Positions 10,273-21,200 of a stretch of DNA of 64,000 bases are shown here, in pieces; the first letter of the stretch is position 1; each line of letters opens with the position of its first letter. Origin of the DNA: Candidatus Bathyarchaeia archaeon (GTDB lineage: Archaea > Thermoproteota > Bathyarchaeia > 40CM-2-53-6); NCBI GenBank assembly GCA_049513715.1, contig JBEKVV010000001.1, positions 800,001 through 864,000 on the forward strand, read 5' to 3'. The notes under the pieces are model-generated. The model was not told the origin of the DNA. It worked only from the letters and a program-made list of their open reading frames with translations, and ran no database searches. Made by a program: the position numbers and the translations under genes.

Positions 10273-10634
10273 CAGCTTTCTGGCCGCCGAACTATGGATC
10301 CGTAAAGAGATTTATGTTATTCGTACTTATCTGGTTCTTGCGTTTCTCCTGAGAGTTCTTGGACTAAGGATAGTGATTCGATACCAGTTTTAATGACTGT
10401 CGTATCGAGGCCCCCGCATGTCTGCACGAGATTTTACACGTTTCCACAGGAGGCTACAAGGACTAGGGATTAATTGTGCCATCAAGCATGCTATTGATAG
10501 GAATGTAGCAAACCAGGATGGATTTGGGAGTACTGCAGTTTGAAAGATCAATACAACCGAAACGACAGGGGCTCACCGAACTCAGAAGACTATGGTCAGA
10601 ATCCATCATTGTAGGAATGGAATCAGGAGCGGGA

Positions 10635-10802
10635 TCAGATCGCTTTCATGATTTCTTTGATGTGTTGTTTCGCGCTCTCCTTGATTTGCTGGAGTTCCTG
10701 GTTCTTGCCGAATTCCCCAAGACTTCGTTCAACCATGTCGAAGAGTTTGTCGACATCTCGCATAAGTCCTGTGAGTTCTTCACGGATCTTTCCCGTGTCC
10801 AA
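10635..10802 (-). CDS. Small helical hypothetical protein (55 aa)
   Basis: Manual read TTG-DTGKIREELTGLMRDVDKLFDMVERSLGEFGKNQELQQIKESAKQHIKEIMKAI; amphipathic pattern; TATA-like sequence upstream. Confidence 0.55.
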   Translation of the reverse strand: MDTGKIREELTGLMRDVDKLFDMVERSLGEFGKNQELQQIKESAKQHIKEIMKAI

Positions 10803-11079
10803 TTTTGATCTAAATTGAGGACTGGTTTACGCCTAATAAGACTTTGCGAGAGATGGGAAGGGCGTTGGAGCTCTGGATGAACCTACTTGACTTTTGCGGA
10901 GTAGTTGTCCGCGTATAGTTCGATTTCTATGTTGTAGTTGTTCCCGAAGTCTTGTGCTAATCGGGTGAAGCCGTCCTTGTTCCCAGGAGGATTGGTCGAT
11001 CTTGCGTTTGGTCTCATCACGGTAGATTTCTCCTAGTTTGAGTTTCTGCCCAAGGGGGATCTGATATAGCGCTTTGTCC

Positions 11080-11163
11080 GATGAGACCGTTGCTGGAGAT
11101 TAGTCTGAACAGGAATAGTTCTACGCGGAATGCTCCTACTCTGACTTCACCGTTGCTGACAAT
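11080..11163 (-). pseudogene. Possible relic of a DUF932-like (mobile-element-associated) gene
   Basis: IVSNGEVRVGAFRVELFLFRLISSNGLI resembles the SNSEVG..s..v....RLvCsNGl motif as I recall it; no intact ORF. Confidence 0.4.
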
Positions 11164-11293
11164 GAGGTCTAGCTGGCGCGCTCAATCAGAGAACAAACCA
11201 CACTGCGAAAGAATGCATCGCAAAGTCAACTTCCGCGCCGCAGCAGCAGAAGTCACAGAATCAACGAATAATTAAGCCAATAACTCATAGCAA

Positions 11294-11449
11294 CTATGAC
11301 AATATACGACGTCCTTGAAGTAGCCTAACTATTACTACGATGATGACAATCACAATCACGATGTGAATTAGACTTCCGCCTATACCACCAATGAATCCCA
11401 GTAGCCAGAGAATAACGAGAATCACGATTATAGTAACTAATAGATCCAT
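11294..11449 (-). CDS. lmo0937/DUF5670-family small membrane protein
   Basis: MDLLVTIIVILVILWLLGFIGGIGGSLIHIVIVIVIIVVIVRLLQGRR contains the WLLG...GGLIH-type signature. Confidence 0.8.
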   Translation of the reverse strand: MDLLVTIIVILVILWLLGFIGGIGGSLIHIVIVIVIIVVIVRLLQGRRILS

Positions 11450-11600
11450 TAACGATTCGCCTTATCACATAATACAGTTAAATTGCGTTGATAAGGTTAT
11501 CCATCTATATCGTTAATGGTGAAGGTGGAAATGTAGGCCAAATCTTAGGAACCTCTTCTCCAGAAGAGACTGTTGAGATAACCATAAAGTCCAATTCAGC

Positions 11601-12377
11601 TCATTTCCAGATTAGACGAATTCTGCACCAAGGGCACATCGGGGCCCCCTTAGGAACCGGTTTCTTGCAAGTCGGACATGAAGTAGTTTGTGCTCTCTTC
11701 TTAGTGTGAATGACAGCTGCTCCTGTAAGCAAGCGGATGTGAGGCAACTCCCTAGGTTGCCTCTTTGGCGCTCTATGCCTTGCGTCGAATACCACTGAAA
11801 TTGAGAATATGCCCAAGTATGCCAGTGTTCCAAATTGCCAGCCTGTAATGAATAGTTGAGAAAGATTAGCTGAAATCGCTATGAACCATACAGCCGCAAA
11901 TGCCTGAACAACCCACTCCCACATCCCTGCAAAATGAATAAGACGCCTAGACGGCAACCACTTTCGCGTGATATGCTCGTAAATTCCTTCATCAGGATGG
12001 TCATCTCTCCAACCGTCAAGCGGATCCATCAGGGAATGAATCCAAGCTCCAAGACTCCAGCACGCGCCGGCGATAAGCCAGAATACATATTTCTGAAAGA
12101 AGATTGCCAAAATGACTAAGCTAGCGCTCAGGAGTAGGTAGCCTGTGATGTAGTGGGTTGTCTTCTTGTGAGTAAAGTACTTCCCAATTGATCTGGGCGC
12201 CCAGAATTCTGCCTGATCAATATCAGGAAAGATCCCACCGATGGCTCCTGCAAGCGCCAAGAGGGCTGTCGCGGGCATTAGGACAAGATAAGTGGACGGA
12301 GCAATCCACATGGCAAATGTAACCGAAAGGACATATCCTGTGACGAAACCATACGCCATGTGCGTTGACATCATCAA
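11601..12377 (-). CDS. Membrane-bound metal-dependent hydrolase (YdjM-like) with C-terminal zinc ribbon
   Basis: TH, FPDID, HKKTTH and HSLMD motifs; CPTC...CPWC tail. Confidence 0.8.
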   Translation of the reverse strand: MMMSTHMAYGFVTGYVLSVTFAMWIAPSTYLVLMPATALLALAGAIGGIFPDIDQAEFWAPRSIGKYFTHKKTTHYITGYLLLSASLVILAIFFQKYVFWLIAGACWSLGAWIHSLMDPLDGWRDDHPDEGIYEHITRKWLPSRRLIHFAGMWEWVVQAFAAVWFIAISANLSQLFITGWQFGTLAYLGIFSISVVFDARHRAPKRQPRELPHIRLLTGAAVIHTKKRAQTTSCPTCKKPVPKGAPMCPWCRIRLIWK

Positions 12378-12630
12378 ATCATAGACCCCAACATATCTAA
12401 TTCCGTGAGCTACTTATTGATATGGCGAGAAGCCCAAACGGGTTTTCAGCTAGAACCATGACGCGATCAATAGCACGGGCCAACGCGAAGCAACGACAGA
12501 CATCTTTCAGACCACCGTAAAAAATCAACGTGACACGATTTTCGTTTCTGTGAGTTGGACTCTGTGGAGTGTGGATGGCGTAACTGATGGAGATCAGGGG
12601 CGTCGTATCTCGCCTCGAATTCAATCTGTC

Positions 12631-13292
12631 TTGATGTTCTTAGCCGCTATTGCAATGATAATTGCTGTTGAGTTTGTCGATGAATTCTACCTGGTTGGAT
12701 TTCAACCTACAGGAACCAGCTGGTTCATTCCAGCTTGGTTACAGAGTTGGGACATCGCGGGTTTCGAGCTGGTGCACGAGAGTTTAACGTCACCGTTTCT
12801 TGACATCGCCATGTGACTGATCACTCGTACAGGTTCAACTGTCTTCTAGTTGCTCTTGGCAGCCGTTCTTTGGCTAGCGAGGAGGAAGCGACAGGCAGCG
12901 CTACTGGTGTTCGGAGTGATCGTTGGAGGCGTGCTTTTGCTACCGGTCAAGATCCTACTCCCGAGACCTAGACCATATTCGATTATGCAAGGGCTTAGAA
13001 TAATAGAAATTGAAGGCGGCGGAAGCTTTCCAAGTGGACATTCAAGAACGGCTTCACAGCAGCCGTCATACTTGGTTCTACTTGGAGGAGACTGAGAGCG
13101 TGGCTCTACATCTTGGCGTTCTTGATAGCATTAAGCAGGATTTACTTAGCTCAGCACTGGCCTTCCGATGTGATAGTTGGTTCGCTGGCTGGTTGGATAG
13201 TCGGCAAGATTACAATTCGTTACGAATCCGAGATCATCACAATTTTGAAGGAGGTCAAACTAGATGAAGAGCACCTGACGCACAACCTTTGA
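12631..13292 (+). pseudogene. PAP2-family phosphatase pseudogene
   Basis: KxxxxxxRP, SFPSGH and SRIYLAQHWPSDV motifs; stops at 12814 (TGA) and 12847 (TAG); frameshift near 13045. Confidence 0.85.
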
Positions 13293-13825
13293 GTTTGCTT
13301 TAGATTCGATTGTGGCGATGGTTAGGGCCCTAACTACGAGAAGCTAGTAACCGCTTATAGTCATCATTTAGGGAGATGTCAATCGCAACTTGCAAGAAGT
13401 AACAACTGACAGGAACTTCTCATCGCTTGTCCGGACTTCGTGTGCCTAGAAGGCTGGTAACGAATCTCGGCCCTTAATGTGGAGAACTGCTTTCCTTTTA
13501 TTACCTCGTAATGCTATTCGGTTTCTTGAGAGGGGCGTCCAATAAGCGGCTGAAAACGAATGGGTCAAGCACCCTTGCCAGTTTCAGACCGTTTTTCTGT
13601 GTCCTGGGAACCCCTTTCCCTGCTTTGCGACGAGAGTAGAGTTGCCATGGTAGCCCGCTTGGTTTGGGAAAAAAGAAGATTTGGGCTCTCTTGAAAGGCG
13701 TGAGAAAGTAGGCCTAGAGAGCTGTCACTGGACCCTGAACGGTTGATACGAGTACATCTGGGTAGGCGGCTGCTAGGAACTAGAAAGATGAGGGGAGGTT
13801 AGAGTGGAAATGGGTTTGATAGAGC

Positions 13826-14035
13826 TCAGCCGTATCTGATTAGCGGTGAACTGCATAAGCCGCAGAAGCGTGCTTCACCAGCGTTTTGGGTTCCGCATAT
13901 CAGGCACTGTCCTCGTTGTGGCTGGTCAGGAAAATTACTCAGCACAGTTCTACACCAGTTGCAGTAATTATTACTGTCTGAATTCTGTTTACTGCAGTAT
14001 CTACATGTTTTCAAACAGAGAACACCACGATGCAA
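13826..14035 (-). CDS. Double zinc-ribbon protein
   Basis: CRYC..CNWC..CLIC..CGLC; true start possibly the TTG near 14014. Confidence 0.7.
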   Translation of the reverse strand: MHRGVLCLKTCRYCSKQNSDSNNYCNWCRTVLSNFPDQPQRGQCLICGTQNAGEARFCGLCSSPLIRYG

Positions 14036-14419
14036 TGCGCCCTATCGCATAGAAAAGTCTTTTGTTATGACGAAAAGATTCATCATCTCTTTCGCGCGTG
14101 GCATGGAATGTCTCTTCGGCAAGTACGTAGTCTACAATCTGCTGCGGTTGGTTCACTTTGAACTGTGGCATCCCACAAAGCCGGAGGATGTGAACGATTT
14201 GCTGAAGGCTTGCAGGAAAGCAGAATCACACCTGAAGGTTCAGTAGATTCGATCTTCATCTAGAAAGAGACGCGTGTCAGGTCTCCACCTATGCCTTACA
14301 ACTTATGCTGAGACTTCGTATACTAGCTTCTGCCTCGCTTCTCTAGATCTACCTTGGCGTGTCATCCTTTATGCCGGAATCTAAATCTACTCTGGTTGCG
14401 TACTATTCGTTGAACCATC

Positions 14420-14869
14420 TTGGGATGGAAGGAAAGTAAGGTTGGCCGCAAGAGAAGGAGGAAGGTTGAGTTTGACCTGACCTTGCTTGCAGGCAGAGCG
14501 AAACGCGGGGGCATTGGTCTAAAACCTGTTAGGAGGAAGAACAAGAAGAAGCGCGGAGACAAAGCAATACGGTCACACAATACAGAGAGAGTAATACGAT
14601 CACATATGACAGACATAACAGACATTGTTCCAGTTGGCGGCAAGGAAGCCAAGAAGCCCATGAAAGAGTTTGGCAGCCCTGCTGCGTTGGCACATGAGAA
14701 ACAGACGAAGAAGCGTCTCGATCTAGATCATCCCATATTGCTCATGTGTCAAAACTGCGGATTAGAGGGCCTTCAGAGCGGGTGGGTTAAGCGGGGAGAA
14801 AACAAGCAAAGCAAACCCGAGCTCACATGCCCCAGATGCGGTTCGTCAGAGCATAAGGAAACCGAGTAG
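14420..14869 (+). CDS. Hypothetical protein with basic N-terminus and C-terminal zinc ribbon
   Basis: CQNCG...CPRCG; start uncertain. Confidence 0.5.
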   Translation: MGWKESKVGRKRRRKVEFDLTLLAGRAKRGGIGLKPVRRKNKKKRGDKAIRSHNTERVIRSHMTDITDIVPVGGKEAKKPMKEFGSPAALAHEKQTKKRLDLDHPILLMCQNCGLEGLQSGWVKRGENKQSKPELTCPRCGSSEHKETE

Positions 14870-14907
14870 TGGATGGCGAACGAGAAAAAGACCTTAGCGA
14901 AAAAAGG

Positions 14908-15130
14908 ATTGAATAAGAGAAAAGAGAAGACGAGCACCATCAGTGCTCGGTTTGGTCTGTTTAGTTAAGATGTCGTAAACACCAGCGGTTATTGAGTGTT
15001 TTAATCGAGTTGTTTGTACCACAGGTGGGGACAGGCACAACTATTGTACGGATGCCCATACGAACCATAGTCATAATAAGACCAGCCAAAGCCGTAACCA
15101 TAGGACGGATAATCGTCCCCTGCGACCGTG
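14908..15130 (-). pseudogene. Second, degenerate copy of the Tyr-rich peptide cassette with the same 3' hairpin
   Basis: 15114->15001 reads DYPSYGYGFGWSYYDYGSYGHPYNSCACPHLWYKQLD*; hairpin 14931-14949 is identical to 4376-4394; no in-frame start found. Confidence 0.7.
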
Positions 15131-15230
15131 ACGCTTCTCTGCTTGTCTATCCTCTGAACTGAAGGGGTGGCGAAGTCCGACTGTTGCCGGACTGCTTATG
15201 TTATTCCAGAGAGTGAGTGGTAGGTCTGTT

Positions 15231-15593
15231 CTATAGTAGTTCTGTCCACTTCTCTGGTTTCTCTATGACCTTGACTTCGCTGACCGTTCGCATCATCCTT
15301 GACTTTTGAGGTCTTGTCTGGTCGATCATGTCCCAAGTCTTGAGAGTCCATTCCGCTATAGCCTTGCAGTCACGCATCTTGTCTAAGGAGGCCCAGTCGG
15401 GCGCAGCCCACCAGTCCTCAGCATCATAATCGCCAAAGCTTTGAATCGTGGTGTAGGTGTTAAGGTACTTCATGCCAGTTTCCTTCTCTATTTGAGAAGC
15501 CAAAAGCTTTGCCTCGTCTGACTTCAACCATTTCACGTACTCTGCAACTTTCCCTGGTTTTCCATAATAGCTCCATACCCAATATATCGACAT
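15231..15593 (-). CDS. Hypothetical protein (possibly dimeric alpha-beta barrel-like)
   Basis: 120-aa ORF with GGGGAGG RBS. Confidence 0.7.
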   Translation of the reverse strand: MSIYWVWSYYGKPGKVAEYVKWLKSDEAKLLASQIEKETGMKYLNTYTTIQSFGDYDAEDWWAAPDWASLDKMRDCKAIAEWTLKTWDMIDQTRPQKSRMMRTVSEVKVIEKPEKWTELL

Positions 15594-15867
15594 ATTTCCC
15601 TCCCCGATCTCCTTGGTCGCGGCATGATGTAATTAAGGATGCTTGGTTCGTGCGCGCACACATACGAAAATCCCCTAGCAACCCCTCCCCTGCCAAATCG
15701 CAAAATGCTCTTCACAAAGGTCACATCAAGTGACACGTCCGAAAGGACGCTAAGGCAGTGTTCTTCCGGTTAGGAATAATTCTTGAACGCGCTGGCGCTT
15801 AGGAAGTGGTCCGAGATTCTTCTCCTTCTGTCCGGATCTTCTCCTTCTTCCGTCTCTCGGCAAGCCG

Positions 15868-16080
15868 TTAATGAACTGCCGATGGACGCCATCCGCCCGG
15901 CGGAAGGCCCTTCATTATTCGTCGCGCTTCCTCCAAGCCCGCAATGTAGCCTTGTATGTATTGTGCGTCCAATTTGTATTCCTCGTAGGGCAGCTTATCT
16001 TTTTCCGCCTCCCTCTTGGCGATTAGGTTTTCAATTTTCGTCAGTAGAGTCCTCTTTCGAAAACTGTCTTTCTCGCGCAT
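15868..16080 (-). CDS. Small helical hypothetical protein
   Basis: 70 aa; YIQGYIAGLEEA. Confidence 0.55.
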   Translation of the reverse strand: MREKDSFRKRTLLTKIENLIAKREAEKDKLPYEEYKLDAQYIQGYIAGLEEARRIMKGLPPGGWRPSAVH

Positions 16081-17036
16081 GACTCACACAAAGCAAAGAG
16101 AGCTCGACGCGATATGAAAACGCTCGCTCCAAATCGCGTTTACTCTCCGTTACAGGGCCAGTTCCGTGACCACTTTCAACGAGTGGGCGTTTTGCGCGAT
16201 ACACGCGCGCACATAAAAATCATGGTACATCAATGAAAAAGGTATAATGTTGGCCGGAGGCGAATGCACTCTTTCTCAAGGCACTCCCGAGTGCAACAAC
16301 TTGGTTCTGCCCATCTTTCAGGGCCGACCATGTTTGCGCACGGCCAGCAAACCATATTTAAGTCTTACATCATTAATAAGGTTATGGTTGAAAAAATAAT
16401 TGACCTCGCACGACCAGTCATTGCCGGGAGTCTCATCAAGAACCGGAACCGAGAGCATGCCACTTAGTGGCATCCAGGCAAATTCGTACCAGCGATTTCA
16501 CGCAGGATTTGGTCAACGAGTCATCAAGCGAATCGCAACAACCATTAGACCGTGAAACGTAGAGGCTACGGAACCAGAAACCTCAAGCCGCGTGGAAAAG
16601 TTTGACTGAGATAGTCAACGACACTCATGCGAAGTACTGTTCGAACTGCGGCAAGAAAATCGAGAAACCCATTCAGTTCAAAGGCTACTTTTTCTGCTCA
16701 CAAGAATGCCGAGAATCCTTCGCGACCCCACGTGGACGAGTGAGAGGCGGAAAGGCAAAGCGAGCAGCAGGGTAAAACAAAACCTGCACGCGGTCTCTCT
16801 AAATTGTAGTTCTTTCCATATCTCTCGGATAAAGACGGGATTAAGGATTCTGTTCAAATCGGCGCCAAGGATCCTCAATGGTGCGCACACACAGGAAAAC
16901 GACTGCTCGAATTACGATGCTCGCACTATTGATACTACACATACTTTTCTTACGACAAACGACAATCTAGTCATACCGTACCTGAGCGAAGCTTCTTTCT
17001 AAAGGCTTTTAGGGGCACGATGGATGAGATGAGGTT

Positions 17037-17330
17037 ATGCCAACATATGTATTGCTAGTTAACTTTACGGAGAAAGGTAAGAGGAACATTAAACAGGAAT
17101 ACACGGCGACCCGCGATCAGTTCAAGAAAGCTGCCGAGCAGGCCGGCGGCAAGCTTACCGGCTACGTAACCGCTGGACCGTACGACGCTGTTGAAATACT
17201 TGACGTGCCCAGCGACGATGCTGCACTCGCCATGCTTCTCGGCTCGCTCTCAATAGAAGCTGTGAAAATCATGAGCCTCAGAGCGTTTCCAGAGGATCAG
17301 GTAAAACAAGCTCTAAAGAAAGTACCTTAA
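17037..17330 (+). CDS. GYD domain protein
   Basis: MPTYVLLVNFTEKG...GPYDAV...SLRAF. Confidence 0.88.
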   Translation: MPTYVLLVNFTEKGKRNIKQEYTATRDQFKKAAEQAGGKLTGYVTAGPYDAVEILDVPSDDAALAMLLGSLSIEAVKIMSLRAFPEDQVKQALKKVP

Positions 17331-17406
17331 CGATCCCTCAACGGTCACCAAAGTGAACCTAGCTGGCAGCGTCCAGCATGTTTCGCCTAGTTCATTCCGG
17401 CTTTAG

Positions 17407-17438
17407 GTGTGTGTGCGCACCTTTAGTCGCACACACAC
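17407..17438. terminator. 11-bp inverted repeat between convergent genes
   Basis: GTGTGTGTGCG-N10-CGCACACACAC. Confidence 0.5.
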
Positions 17439-17469
17439 TTGAAAAATCCAATATTCCCCTAATTTGACG

Positions 17470-18804
17470 TTAATTCCTTGCAAGCGAACACATCGGGTCC
17501 CAGAAGGGCAGAACCACCGGCTCAGTATCAAGGAGGTTGGTGAGTTCTGGAGGCAGATGCTTTTTCCTCACAACAACCTCGTAGAGGTATTCGTCGAACC
17601 ATTCATCCATCATGTACATGTATCCTTGATCCCCTATTGCTGCTCCCCAGCTGTTTTCAACTCGCCATTTCCTGGGGTTGCCTTGCTCATCGAGGTCGAC
17701 TCCAGTAATCACCATTGCATGAGTTATCTCACTATCGCCATACTCCAATCTTGCAGCTTTGTCAAGTTGGAACTTCGCACCAAAGACTAATTCGTAGTCA
17801 TAGATGCTTAGGTCCATTGCACCCATCTTCGTCTCCAGCATTTTAGCCACGTCACATCCGAACCATACAGCCTGATTATCTTCGATCATGTCTACAGTTG
17901 CTTTCTTCAGCGTCTTCAGGTCGACATTCAGGTAACGAGGACCTTGCCCACCGACCACATTGCCGAAATGTTGGACAGTGTAGAGTTTGTTGAATGGTTT
18001 GTTGGGTGCGTTGATTAGACTCACGAAATCATCAAGTTCTATTCCGACGTATTCATGGTAGAACTCAGCAGGGGTAACGTTTCCCCTTCTATGGAAAACG
18101 CCGTCCTTGTCCCGCCACTCCCAGTAAAACGTCTCTGGAGGAACGCCAAGGTTGATGCACAGCAACTTGTAGAATTCTTCCATGAACCCTCCCTTTCTCT
18201 CCCTTAGTTCAGTTGTAGAAGCTCCTTGCTCACTCATCTCTCGGAGAACCTTAGCGTATTCTCTTAATTTCGAGGCGAGTAGAGCATTCATTGGGTCAGA
18301 ATTGTTGCTGTTGGCTGTTTCTGGCATGAACGTTTTTGGCAAAATTCCGTACTTCTTTATGAGGTTCACAAACATGTTCCATTGACCGCCATCGGTTAAC
18401 GGATCCGAAAGAAGCGAACTGACTAGTCTGCCATTCAAGGGCTCTGCCTTCGATTCGATGATGTTCTCAAGGAAGTAGTTGGCTTTCTCTAGTTTATCCC
18501 AAAACATCTGATATGTTTCAGAGAGTTCGAACGTCCTTAGGTTCAGCTTTTTCATGGCTTCAAGAGCCAGTAGGCTTAGTCCAGAGAATAACCAGCATCT
18601 TCCAGTTCTTTCTTGGTTGGTGGCATCTGGAGATTCGATAAGATGACTAAAGGTAAAGTTCTGTCTGTCCACCTCTTTTCTACTTAGGGCAACTGCGGCG
18701 ATGCCATTCTCTGTGACGGCATTCAAGGCGAGTGTGTTTTTCGGGTCCTTATTGAAGGCTAGTGAGAAACGTCTCAAATCCTCAATACTCAAACGTTTTT
18801 CCAA
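17470..18804 (-). CDS. pepC: Aminopeptidase C / bleomycin hydrolase (peptidase C1B)
   Basis: NQERTGRCWLF, HAMVITG, WRVENSWG and C-terminal WDPM. Confidence 0.93.
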   Translation of the reverse strand: MEKRLSIEDLRRFSLAFNKDPKNTLALNAVTENGIAAVALSRKEVDRQNFTFSHLIESPDATNQERTGRCWLFSGLSLLALEAMKKLNLRTFELSETYQMFWDKLEKANYFLENIIESKAEPLNGRLVSSLLSDPLTDGGQWNMFVNLIKKYGILPKTFMPETANSNNSDPMNALLASKLREYAKVLREMSEQGASTTELRERKGGFMEEFYKLLCINLGVPPETFYWEWRDKDGVFHRRGNVTPAEFYHEYVGIELDDFVSLINAPNKPFNKLYTVQHFGNVVGGQGPRYLNVDLKTLKKATVDMIEDNQAVWFGCDVAKMLETKMGAMDLSIYDYELVFGAKFQLDKAARLEYGDSEITHAMVITGVDLDEQGNPRKWRVENSWGAAIGDQGYMYMMDEWFDEYLYEVVVRKKHLPPELTNLLDTEPVVLPFWDPMCSLARN

Positions 18805-18929
18805 GAAGTACCCACTGAACGCTTACTTTCATTCTTAGCTAAAGAAACTTCTCTCCTTATATCGTATGGAATGATTGTAGAGGAAAAGCCTCATACACCT
18901 CTCAACAGGTACATTCGGAATAGGAGAAA

Positions 18930-20264
18930 ATGCGAAAAGTCAGGACGAAGTTCTCGAAGGACCTAGGTCTCTTTGACTCGGTCCTTCTTGGGATTGGTTT
19001 CATAATAGGGTCGGGCATATTCCTCTTCCCAATCTTAATGGCCAGCAAAGCAGGAACCTTTTCTCTAGTTTCATGGGTCATCGCTGGCATCTACTCGATT
19101 CTGACCGGTCTCTGTTTTGCCGAAAATGCCCAGAAGATGCCGCGGGCGGGAGGGCTCTACGCGTATGCTCATGGCGCTCTGGGAAATGTTGCGGGGTTCC
19201 TGACTGGTTGGGCTTTTTGGACTGGGTATTGGATGACCCTCGCCACCGAAATGGTTGCCACCTCACTATACCTGAAGTTCTTCCTTCCGTCCTTGTCGGA
19301 TTTCTACAGGATCGTCATAGCCACCGTTATTGCCTTGTCCCTCACTGCGATAAACTACAGAGGAGTGAAGTCTGGAGGAAGAACTGAAGACATTTTAACG
19401 ATCGGTAAATTGGGTCCGCTCGCAGTCTTCATTATAGTCGGTGCATTCCTGGTCAGCTACAGCAACTACTATCCTCTAGCCCCGGCAAATGTGAGTCTTC
19501 TCCCAGCCGTAGGTTCAGCTACAATCTTCGCCCTTTGGGCGTATCTTGGCGTCGAAATAATCACAGTCCCAGAAGAGGAGATAAAAGATGCAAAGCGCAC
19601 AGTGCCCCGGGCCATAATCATTTCAGTCTTCACCGTTATGAGCATCTATCTGCTTGTAGCGGCGGTGGCACTCGGGCTTGGGCGCTGGGGGAACTTCGTC
19701 AACTCGCAGGCTCCACTTGCTGACATCTTTCAAGCAGCCACACAGCGATACGTCGGAAACGCCGGAGGGATCTTACTGGCACTTGGCGGGTTAATCGCCA
19801 TTCTTGGTTCCATCAATGCGGTAATTCTCGGGGCTGCGCGTATATCATACGCCATGGCAAGAGACCGACTCTTCCCCCAAATCATCAACCATCTCCATCC
19901 CAAATTCAAAACTCCTGACCGCGCGATCATACTCCAAACAATCCTAGCCATTTCACTAGTCTACGCATTATCGGACTTCACGATATTGGCTTCACTTGCA
20001 GTTCTATTCACAATAGTCCCCTATCTGTTCAGCTGCTTGGCCACGATCATGCTCATTTCAAAAGCCGGGTGGAAGACGCATGTGCTACACACTCGGTGGA
20101 CACCCTTTGCCGCAGTAATTTTCTCAGTCATCCTGTTCTATTACATTGACCTGAAGGTTCTATTGCTGGGCTTAGCCTTCATACTGGGAGGCCTGTTCTT
20201 GTATTACTTGTCGGTTCACGGAAAAGCAAAACCACCTCCGCTCGCCAGTAAATCAACTGATTAG
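18930..20264 (+). CDS. APC-family amino acid permease
   Basis: IIGSGIF, AGGLYAY, WAYLGVE and RISYAMARD; about 12 TM. Confidence 0.92.
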   Translation: MRKVRTKFSKDLGLFDSVLLGIGFIIGSGIFLFPILMASKAGTFSLVSWVIAGIYSILTGLCFAENAQKMPRAGGLYAYAHGALGNVAGFLTGWAFWTGYWMTLATEMVATSLYLKFFLPSLSDFYRIVIATVIALSLTAINYRGVKSGGRTEDILTIGKLGPLAVFIIVGAFLVSYSNYYPLAPANVSLLPAVGSATIFALWAYLGVEIITVPEEEIKDAKRTVPRAIIISVFTVMSIYLLVAAVALGLGRWGNFVNSQAPLADIFQAATQRYVGNAGGILLALGGLIAILGSINAVILGAARISYAMARDRLFPQIINHLHPKFKTPDRAIILQTILAISLVYALSDFTILASLAVLFTIVPYLFSCLATIMLISKAGWKTHVLHTRWTPFAAVIFSVILFYYIDLKVLLLGLAFILGGLFLYYLSVHGKAKPPPLASKSTD

Positions 20265-20428
20265 TGCTAGACCTCCAAAGAATTCAAGGGCAATCGCAAC
20301 GTAGGTTGGGGCTGCAGGAACTCCAAGACTCTTAGTCCATTGGATGATCTGCAGAGTACCCTTTTGCTTAGGAGAACCGTTCATAACGAAACTGACATTG
20401 TAACGTGAGGTAGGGTACGTAAGCTTCA

Positions 20429-21142
20429 TCAATTGTCCTTATTGCCAAACCGGTTATGGTGCATGAAGTCCTTTACGTCGCGGCGCACTCGCAGATAGTT
20501 AGTTACCGCAGACCGAGGGTAACCCAGTCGGGCGGCAAAGGCAATTTTCATGCATTCAGGAATATTGAGAATCTTTTTTACCTCTTTCTCGACGGCGATT
20601 CCGCTGAAGACACTCAATATGTGAAAGCCAATCCCCAGAGATTGAGCCATGAGCCACATATTCTCCATAACGCAGCCGAGACTCATAATTCCCAAGACAT
20701 CTCCCTCCGAAGCAGGCGCCCTTTTCCTGGAGTCATAGAGCACTATCAAAAGCGTTGGGCTGCCCTGAATGCGTTCCTGCAGGGGCCACGGCCCCTCCCG
20801 AACAGCTTCATCCAGCCTAGCAGGATCAGTCCATGACGGGGGAAACATGGCGGCAAGAATTCCAACCTTCTTTTGGAGGAACTCCTTCTTCGAGAACGAG
20901 AGTTGTTCATAGTTTTCCCTGATGAACTCCTCTGATACCTGAGACTTTATGTGCCCTATTTCTTTCAGAACTTTCTCGTTGTCGATGACGATGACTTCGA
21001 AGTTCTGCATGTTGTGTGCCGTGGGAGCCCAGCGCCCAGCTTCAAGAATTTGTGTTAAATCCTTCTTGGTCACAGAGTGTTTCCGATCGAAAAGCCCCCT
21101 CGACGAGTGCCTTTCCTCGATGAGCTTCAGGAGATTAGTCAT
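20429..21142 (-). CDS. Nitroreductase family protein
   Basis: RHSSR, WAPTAHNMQNF, ENMWLMAQSLGIG and LGYP. Confidence 0.9.
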   Translation of the reverse strand: MTNLLKLIEERHSSRGLFDRKHSVTKKDLTQILEAGRWAPTAHNMQNFEVIVIDNEKVLKEIGHIKSQVSEEFIRENYEQLSFSKKEFLQKKVGILAAMFPPSWTDPARLDEAVREGPWPLQERIQGSPTLLIVLYDSRKRAPASEGDVLGIMSLGCVMENMWLMAQSLGIGFHILSVFSGIAVEKEVKKILNIPECMKIAFAARLGYPRSAVTNYLRVRRDVKDFMHHNRFGNKDN

Positions 21143-21200
21143 AATGGCCGTCCCACATTCAGAACCGCCAGAAAATGAACGTTTCCGACAAGCATCACAC

